From the IMG/VR virus record IMGVR_UViG_3300008113_011532: a stretch of 64,000 bases of DNA. One strand, written 5' to 3'. The position numbers were made by a program, and so were the translations under genes. Below the pieces are notes generated by a model. The model had not been told where the DNA came from. It did not search any database and was given only the letters and a program-made list of their open reading frames with translations. The stretch's first letter is position 1; every line of letters starts with the position of its first letter. Of the stretch, positions 58,319 to 64,000 are shown piece after piece. Origin of the DNA: an uncultured virus (IMG/VR IMGVR_UViG_3300008113_011532). Taxonomy: Duplodnaviria > Heunggongvirae > Uroviricota > Caudoviricetes.

Positions 58319-58367
58319 CGAAATGTAAACATACGTTGATTGTAGAGATACAATAGTAAAATATAAA

Positions 58368-59999
58368 TTGATAATGTTCCAAAAAACAATCGCAATCTAT
58401 GGCTCACACGACTCGTCGTTCACATTCATAGACAATTCCGGTCAGCTAAGAATATTCGAGGTCGAAAGATTCACAAAGCAGAGGTATTCTTCGTTCTCCA
58501 AAAGGTTCGACACTCAATCAACCGGAATAAACGATCAGCTTAGGGAAGACTTCATAAACATGTTGAAGGAAAGACTTTTCGACAAAGACATCACAACAGT
58601 ACTTTACGAGGAAGTCTTCGAGGACGACTTCATCTTTCTGAGAAAACACTTCCCAAACGCAAACTTCGTTAAGTGGGACGACCACCACAAATCACACGCA
58701 TACTCAGCAATACAAAACTCCGGTTTCGAAGACTCAATCATATTGTCAATCGACGGAAGTGGGATCAATTCAGGTTCAACAAAGGTATTCGACTACCAGG
58801 ATAAAAAACTCTCACTGATAGACAACCATATGGTGAATCTCGGGCAGGCCTATACAATAAGCACACTACCACTCGTGGATATAACACATCAAAATCCGAA
58901 AGCCGAACTTCTATCCGCAGCTGGTAAATTCATGGGCATATGCGCTTACGGTGATGTCATCGAAGACTGGATTGCGCCTTTCCATGATTTTTATCTCAAT
59001 TTCATAAACTCTTCCTTCGAGGATTCATTGAGGAAGCTAACCCAACGACTAAAGCTGGAAGAGATAAATTTCGACCGAATTTACGAGAACGAGTCTTTCA
59101 ACCTGACAGGTGTCAAAGTGCTCACAGGTAAGAAAGCATACGACTTCGCAGCAACCTCTCAATTCGTGTTCGAAAAAATCGTTCTAAGTCTGGTAGAATT
59201 TTTTGTAGACAAATACAACAAGAACGTAATACTAACAGGAGGTTGCGCACTCAACGTTCTTGCTAACCAAAAGATTTTCGAGTATCTCAACAAAAGAGGA
59301 CTCTCACTCTACGTGCCACCGAATCCTTCAGACTGTGGTATCTCTTACGGAATGTGGATGTCCTACTTCACAGATTTCGAAAGTGGCGAGACTTGCTTTT
59401 CCGGTATTGAAATACTCGACGAAGACAAAATCGAAGTTTACGAAAACAACCACGCATACGAACCACTCACCTACGAATCGGTAGTCGGACACCTCAAGGC
59501 CGGTAAAATAATCGGCATCATCGACGGCAACTCAGAGGTCGGACCAAGAGCCCTCGGCAACCGAAGTATAATTTGCGATCCGTCATACGAGGGAATGAAA
59601 GACATACTGAATAGTAAAGTAAAGTTCCGAGAGTGGTTCAGGCCCTTTGCGCCTGTATGCACAGATGAGTACATGGAAACATACTTCGAAAACGCGTTCA
59701 GTTCAAAGTACATGACTTACGCACCTAAAGTCAAAGAAGAGTTTCGAAAACTATTACCTTCAATCACACACGCGGACGGTACCTCAAGGCTACAGACCGT
59801 TCACAGCGACGGAAGTCATTTCCATAGCATACTGACAGAGCTGAAAAGGCAAGGGCACATACCAGTAATACTCAACACATCATTCAACATAAAAGGAAGA
59901 CCGATACTTACGTCTTTGGAAGACGCATTTTACGTACTCGACAACACGCAACTGGATCTTCTAATACATAACGGTAAAATATATTCGAAGAAAGATTAG
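58368..59999 (+). CDS. Carbamoyltransferase (NodU/CmcH family)
   Basis: HDSS, EVERF, HHKSHA, GKFMG, GGCALN, EVGPRALGNRS, REWFRPFAP and LNTSFN motifs. Confidence 0.92.
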   Translation: MIMFQKTIAIYGSHDSSFTFIDNSGQLRIFEVERFTKQRYSSFSKRFDTQSTGINDQLREDFINMLKERLFDKDITTVLYEEVFEDDFIFLRKHFPNANFVKWDDHHKSHAYSAIQNSGFEDSIILSIDGSGINSGSTKVFDYQDKKLSLIDNHMVNLGQAYTISTLPLVDITHQNPKAELLSAAGKFMGICAYGDVIEDWIAPFHDFYLNFINSSFEDSLRKLTQRLKLEEINFDRIYENESFNLTGVKVLTGKKAYDFAATSQFVFEKIVLSLVEFFVDKYNKNVILTGGCALNVLANQKIFEYLNKRGLSLYVPPNPSDCGISYGMWMSYFTDFESGETCFSGIEILDEDKIEVYENNHAYEPLTYESVVGHLKAGKIIGIIDGNSEVGPRALGNRSIICDPSYEGMKDILNSKVKFREWFRPFAPVCTDEYMETYFENAFSSKYMTYAPKVKEEFRKLLPSITHADGTSRLQTVHSDGSHFHSILTELKRQGHIPVILNTSFNIKGRPILTSLEDAFYVLDNTQLDLLIHNGKIYSKKD

Positions 60000-60049
60000 T
60001 AATAATCGAAAACAAACGTTACATTTGTAATATATAAACAAAGACAACT

Positions 60050-60121
60050 ATGAAAGCATCTGTAAACATATCAAGCTCATCAAGTCGCTCATCAGCGGCC
60101 GAGGTCCGATTGTGTTTATAG
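60050..60121 (+). CDS. Attenuator leader peptide 4 (MKASVNISSSSSRSSAAEVRLCL)
   Basis: SSSSSRSS block matches the downstream Arg(ACG) and four Ser tRNAs; ccgagg pairs with the terminator arm cctcgg. Confidence 0.88.
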   Translation: MKASVNISSSSSRSSAAEVRLCL

Positions 60122-60144
60122 CTGTCGCATAACGATATTGTATG

Positions 60145-60175
60145 AACCCTCGGAAGAAACGCCGAGGGTTTTTTT
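60145..60175 (+). terminator. Attenuator terminator 4
   Basis: aaccctcgg-aagaaacg-ccgagggtt plus U-tract. Confidence 0.85.
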
Positions 60176-60179
60176 ATTT

Positions 60180-60251
60180 GGTTCCATCGTCCAACGGAAA
60201 GGACAGGTCGCTACGAACGATCAGATGGGGGTTCGAATCCCTCTGGGACTA
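60180..60251 (+). tRNA. tRNA-Arg(ACG)
   Basis: ggtcg-ctACGaa-cgatc. Confidence 0.9.
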
Positions 60252-60256
60252 CAAAA

Positions 60257-60347
60257 GGAGAAATAAGAGCAGTGTGGACTAAGCTCGGCGCACTTGAAAT
60301 GCGTAGGCCCTCGAGGTGTCTGGGTTCGAGCCCCAGTTTCTCCGCCA
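60257..60347 (+). tRNA. tRNA-Ser(TGA)
   Basis: gcgca-ctTGAaa-tgcgt; long V-arm, G73, CCA. Confidence 0.85.
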
Positions 60348-60361
60348 AAAAGTTAAATTAT

Positions 60362-60447
60362 GGAGAGCAAACCAGGGAGGTCCCTGGCACCGCCTGCTAA
60401 GCGAGTGGCCCGTTTTTTCGGGTGGGCTTCGACTGCTCTGCTCTCCG
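60362..60447 (+). tRNA. tRNA-Ser(GCT), 8/4 fold
   Basis: 8-bp acceptor ggagagca/tgctctcc; 4-bp T-stem gggc/gctc. Confidence 0.8.
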
Positions 60448-60453
60448 CAACAT

Positions 60454-60537
60454 GGAAGATGAACTGCAGCGGCCTGCAGCCCTGTCTCGAAAACAGCGGG
60501 TACCTCCGGGTATTGGGATCGACACCTACTTCTTCCG
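60454..60537 (+). tRNA. tRNA-Ser(CGA), 8/4 fold
   Basis: ctgt-ctCGAaa-acag; 8-position acceptor and 4-bp T-stem. Confidence 0.75.
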
Positions 60538-60542
60538 CAACT

Positions 60543-60626
60543 GGAAAGCTATCCCTGATGGTGATGGGGTCCGCCTGGAAAGCGCGACGTACCGCGAGGT
60601 ATACGGTTCGATTCCGTAGTTTTCCG
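60543..60626 (+). tRNA. tRNA-Ser(GGA), 8/4 fold
   Basis: Acceptor ggaaagct/agttttcc; T-stem acgg/ccgt. Confidence 0.8.
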
Positions 60627-60672
60627 CAAACAAAAGACGCATAAGTCCGTATAAAACAAAAAAATACAGTCT

Positions 60673-61065
60673 ATGCGAAAACTCATATTGGCCGTTCTAG
60701 CCATAACTTCGCTCCTGGCAACATCATGCCGTAGGTGCGAGGATCCGAAAGCACTCAACTACAGTTTAGATGCGATGGGCCGTGAGGACAACACGATCTG
60801 CAAGTACTCGAAGGCGATATTCTACGTATCCGGGCCGGCGAACTATCCACCACTCACACTCTACGTCAACGGATCTTCCGAGGGGACAATCTCAGGGTTC
60901 TATCCGTACGGACCTGGCAACTGCAGCGCCACAGGTTGCGCGGTATACCAGTTCACATCCGGCAACAGCATCGACTGGGAAGTCAGAGACGCCGTAGGAA
61001 ACGTAGTGAACGGAACATCCGAGCCGAGCCAGTACCAAGAGTGCATAAAAATAAGAGTATACTGA
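60673..61065 (+). CDS. Lipoprotein
   Basis: Signal peptide with lipobox-like LATSC; CEDPKALNY motif. Confidence 0.7.
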   Translation: MRKLILAVLAITSLLATSCRRCEDPKALNYSLDAMGREDNTICKYSKAIFYVSGPANYPPLTLYVNGSSEGTISGFYPYGPGNCSATGCAVYQFTSGNSIDWEVRDAVGNVVNGTSEPSQYQECIKIRVY

Positions 61066-61382
61066 TGATAAAAAAACTGATATACACGATTGCCGCCATA
61101 GTAACACTTTTCTTAGCAGAACCTACACAGGCTCAGAGCGGTTGGCAGGCAGGGCAATACTACCAATACGAGGGCCAAAGAACAATAGACTGCGATCCTT
61201 TCTGGGTCAAGGCCACACCATTCGGCATCGAAAGAAGATGCAGAATACTACAATGGGAAAAGCAATACTATACAGGAAACATACAAGTCTGGAACGGTTG
61301 GCAGTGGGTTTCACAATGGCAGACTACCTGGGCATGGTACTGTTGGTGGGGACCGTGGTACTTCCAGTACTCAGCACGATAG
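61065..61382 (+). CDS. Secreted Trp/Gln-rich small protein
   Basis: Signal peptide MIKKLIYTIAAIVTLFLA; many Trp residues in the C-terminal half. Confidence 0.65.
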   Translation: MIKKLIYTIAAIVTLFLAEPTQAQSGWQAGQYYQYEGQRTIDCDPFWVKATPFGIERRCRILQWEKQYYTGNIQVWNGWQWVSQWQTTWAWYCWWGPWYFQYSAR

Positions 61383-61500
61383 TTTTTTTACTTATTTTCA
61401 ATAAAATACAAAAAGAGAGAAAAAAACTTTTATATATAATCAACAAGTAAAGGAAAAACACCTATATTTGTAGAGTAAACAAAGACTAAAAACTGAAACA

Positions 61501-61587
61501 ATGAAAGCAACATTCAAAATAGAGGCCATAGGGTATGCGTATGAGGCGGGACGCCACATATCCGGACTGACTTTGTCTTTTGAGTAG
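61501..61587 (+). CDS. Attenuator leader peptide 5 (MKATFKIEAIGYAYEAGRHISGLTLSFE)
   Basis: IEAIGYAYEAG block matches the downstream Glu/Tyr/Ile(TAT)/Gly/Ala tRNAs; cggactg pairs with cagtctg. Confidence 0.88.
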   Translation: MKATFKIEAIGYAYEAGRHISGLTLSFE

Positions 61588-61608
61588 TTGATATATTACG
61601 ATATTGAG

Positions 61609-61640
61609 AAGCCCAGTCTGAGAAACAGACTGGGCTTTTT
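61609..61640 (+). terminator. Attenuator terminator 5
   Basis: aagcccagtctg-agaaa-cagactgggctt plus U-tract. Confidence 0.88.
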
Positions 61641-61647
61641 CGTTTAT

Positions 61648-61721
61648 GGTCCGTTCGTCTAGCGGTTTAGGACATCTTCCTTTCACGAAGAAGATCACGG
61701 GTTCGAATCCCGTACGGATCA
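61648..61721 (+). tRNA. tRNA-Glu(TTC)
   Basis: tcttc-ctTTCac-gaaga. Confidence 0.9.
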
Positions 61722-61744
61722 CAAAAAAAAAAAATGAAAAATAC

Positions 61745-61827
61745 TGGAAGGTGGCCGAGTGGTTAAAGGCGGCAGACTGTAAATCTGCTCTCGAAAGAGT
61801 ACGGGGGTTCGAATCCCTCCCTTCCAA
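61745..61827 (+). tRNA. tRNA-Tyr(GTA)
   Basis: gcaga-ctGTAaa-tctgc; long V-arm. Confidence 0.9.
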
Positions 61828-61833
61828 CAACAT

Positions 61834-61907
61834 GGTCCGTTAGTGAAGCGGCTTAACACGTCTCCCTTTCACGGAGAAGATCACGGGTTCGAATCCCGTA
61901 CGGACTA
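61834..61907 (+). tRNA. tRNA-Glu(TTC), second copy
   Basis: tctcc-ctTTCac-ggaga. Confidence 0.9.
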
Positions 61908-61914
61908 CAGAAAC

Positions 61915-61988
61915 TGGTAAGTAGCTTAGACGGTAGAAGCACGTGTCTTATACACACGAGATAGTGGGTTCGATACCCACCTTACCAA
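61915..61988 (+). tRNA. tRNA-Ile(TAT)
   Basis: cgtgt-ctTATac-acacg. Confidence 0.85.
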
Positions 61989-61995
61989 CAGAAAA

Positions 61996-62067
61996 GCAGG
62001 TATCGTACAACGGTTAGTACAGGGCACTTCCAATGCTCAGATGTCGGTTCGATTCCGGTTACCTGCA
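61996..62067 (+). tRNA. tRNA-Gly(TCC)
   Basis: gggca-ctTCCaa-tgctc. Confidence 0.88.
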
Positions 62068-62127
62068 CAAAAAGACTTAAAAGTCCTGCGTACACAGGAC
62101 GCGAGAAGGTTAGTCTTCCTTCTATCC

Positions 62128-62201
62128 GGGGCAGCATGTACCAAGGCAGGCGAGGAACACTTGCAATGTTCCTGTGGTGGGTTCGATTTCCACCTGCTCC
62201 A
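62128..62201 (+). tRNA. tRNA-Ala(TGC)
   Basis: gaaca-ctTGCaa-tgttc; G3:U70; atypical D-arm. Confidence 0.75.
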
Positions 62202-62226
62202 CGGAAACAAAAAATAAAAAGAAGAT

Positions 62227-62370
62227 ATGAAGAAAAGGACAGTTATCGAGGGCACAATGAGATCCAGCAGGGAAACGATGAGAAGAGAAGTAGAAACCAA
62301 CATCTCAATACTGGAGGCGATAAAAAAAATTGTGAGAAGGATTAAACAAAAGAGAAACGTAGAGATATAA
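62227..62370 (+). CDS. 47-aa basic hypothetical peptide inside the tRNA cassette
   Basis: [11 protein letters not shown]... read directly from the sequence. Confidence 0.4.
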   Translation: MKKRTVIEGTMRSSRETMRREVETNISILEAIKKIVRRIKQKRNVEI

Positions 62371-62381
62371 ACTTTACAAAC

Positions 62382-62454
62382 GCGAGAATAGCTCAGTTGG
62401 TAGAGCGCCACCTTGCCAAGGTGGAGGTCGCGGGTTCGAATCCCGTTTCTCGCT
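62382..62454 (+). tRNA. tRNA-Gly(GCC)
   Basis: ccacc-ttGCCaa-ggtgg. Confidence 0.92.
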
Positions 62455-62563
62455 CTAAGCCCCGAAAGGGGCTTTCTCGTTTAGTAGCGTTTTGATAATG
62501 CGGAAAATTTACTATTCGATTACCGGAAAAAATACATACATTTGTAAAAAAGAAACAAACCAA

Positions 62564-62926
62564 ATGAAGAGCAGAAGAAAAGCAACGAAGGCAGAACTCA
62601 TAAGAGAGAGCAAAGATCACCCAGGATACTTCAAATACAAAGTGACCATAGAGGAAGTCGACGGAACAATCCACGACGTCCCAGCGTACGGAAAAGACAT
62701 GCAGGACGCAATCGAAAGACTCGTCTGGTCCGAGAGAATAGAGAAGGTGACGAACAAAAAAGGAATAATGCCGGTGTTCGCCGCACTGCTATTAGGTGTC
62801 GTTGCGGTATCGGGCATGATTGGCGTCATAAAGAACAACCCGTTGTGGGTCTTAGGCGGTCTCGGCGTGGCCGGAGTCGCGATGGCCATAAGCAACCACG
62901 TGAACAGCTACCTACACAAAGAATGA
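62564..62926 (+). CDS. Membrane hypothetical protein
   Basis: PAYGKDMQDA motif; two C-terminal TM helices. Confidence 0.6.
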   Translation: MKSRRKATKAELIRESKDHPGYFKYKVTIEEVDGTIHDVPAYGKDMQDAIERLVWSERIEKVTNKKGIMPVFAALLLGVVAVSGMIGVIKNNPLWVLGGLGVAGVAMAISNHVNSYLHKE

Positions 62927-63549
62927 GACTAATACTAACATATCTATCAGTAATGCTCTGCTTGACATCGTTCGGGCAGGGCATTTCTGCACGCCTGTTC
63001 CAGCCGTACGACGACACCGTGTTCGAAGGCCACCTTTACAAACTGGTGAGGATTGGAAACGTACACTACGAGAGCAATGGTTCGATGAACATACACTGGA
63101 AAATCTGGTTCCTGAACGACCTGAAACCCTACGAGAGGAACAACCTACTCGATATGAAGACGCAGAGAGACATGCCGGGCGTAGGTTTGTTCATCAATCC
63201 GAACTTCGACAGCATCTACTTCAACCCGACGGGCGCTATGAAGGCATGCCCAAACGGATGGAGAGTTCCAAGGATCAGTGAGTGGGACACGCTGTTCGAC
63301 CAGCTGAACATCGACATGAAGATGTACATGTTCAGAGAGTTACCAGGCTACATAAGCTACAACATAGTGAAGAGCGACACCGTGGCAATCAGGAAGGTCG
63401 AGAGACTGCACGGCGGCATTTGGTGGTCTTCCAACATAGACGGCGAAAGATGCGAGGGGATAGAGCTCGACAACAGCAGGAACAAGAACAAAGGCAAGGG
63501 ATCACTACACGACCGAGCCGCCGTTAGGTGCGTAAGGGACGAAGAATGA
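62923..63549 (+). CDS. FISUMP (Fib_succ_major)-domain secreted protein
   Basis: ACPNGWRVP..EW, WWSS and AVRCVRD motifs; signal peptide. Confidence 0.75.
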   Translation: MRLILTYLSVMLCLTSFGQGISARLFQPYDDTVFEGHLYKLVRIGNVHYESNGSMNIHWKIWFLNDLKPYERNNLLDMKTQRDMPGVGLFINPNFDSIYFNPTGAMKACPNGWRVPRISEWDTLFDQLNIDMKMYMFRELPGYISYNIVKSDTVAIRKVERLHGGIWWSSNIDGERCEGIELDNSRNKNKGKGSLHDRAAVRCVRDEE

Positions 63550-63577
63550 GAAAAGGCACCCGTTTGGGTGCCTTTCT

Positions 63578-64000
63578 CTATTTCCTAAGGTGCCACTTCC
63601 TGGTGTCAGGAAGAGCGTCCCATGTCTCTGGTTCGTACTTCTGAGCCAACTCTATAAGCTTCATCGCCGTCTTCTTGTTGTCGTCCGACGTCCTCTTACG
63701 GGTCATCGCCATCCAGCAGTAAGCACCGACGTATCCTTGCTTAGCGTCCATATCGTTCTCTACGAAGTCAATTAGGTCAAGCCTTCCGTATTCGGCAGCC
63801 CACTTCAATATCCAGAAGTTGCCCTGCTCGTCACACATGCTCGCTCCGTACTCGAGAGCGATTTTGAATGAGTCCCAATAAACCTCGCCTGGCTCAGTGG
63901 CGCTCTTGTACGAGCCCTTACACGAAGCCCTAAGCGGAAGAGAGTTCTCGAAGTTAGGATCAAGACCGGACTTCAAGCAGAACTCGACGGTATTCTTGTC
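63578..64000 (-). CDS. Ankyrin-repeat-like protein (probably 5'-partial)
   Basis: GLDPNFENSLPLRASC and LKWAAEYG motifs; frame open to the window edge. Confidence 0.45.
   Translation of the reverse strand, partial: DKNTVEFCLKSGLDPNFENSLPLRASCKGSYKSATEPGEVYWDSFKIALEYGASMCDEQGNFWILKWAAEYGRLDLIDFVENDMDAKQGYVGAYCWMAMTRKRTSDDNKKTAMKLIELAQKYEPETWDALPDTRKWHLRK

Overview
This window is 64 kb of a jumbo (huge) myovirus-type phage genome. The host is most likely a member of Bacteroidota: TAnnTTTG promoter boxes recur, starts are A-rich without Shine-Dalgarno sites, and the genetic code is standard. The first ~10 kb holds T4-like baseplate/tail genes. The rest holds many short accessory and metabolic genes, including several peptidoglycan hydrolases, an M42 peptidase, transaldolase, PurN, a PRPS-like plus NAMPT-like pair resembling NARP1, a two-component system and glycan-modifying enzymes. 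There are about 45 intact tRNA genes plus several split or atypical tRNA-like RNAs. The main finding concerns five tRNA cassettes. Each lies behind a 23-39 codon leader ORF, an antiterminator segment and an intrinsic terminator. In every case the leader's codon block spells the amino acids of the tRNAs directly downstream: LMVNITLCNIR -> Asn/Ile/Arg/Cys/Thr/Met/Val/Leu; PQDQDQP -> Gln/Asp/Pro; KHKHF..KWF.KK -> His/Phe/Lys/Trp; SSSSSRSS -> Arg/Ser; IEAIGYAYEAG -> Glu/Tyr/Ile/Gly/Ala. Together the five cassettes cover all 20 amino acids. This looks like a ribosome-stalling attenuation system that makes phage tRNAs on demand when the matching host tRNAs run short. The architecture is read directly from the sequence; the mechanism is inferred. 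All calls were made by eye, without database searches.
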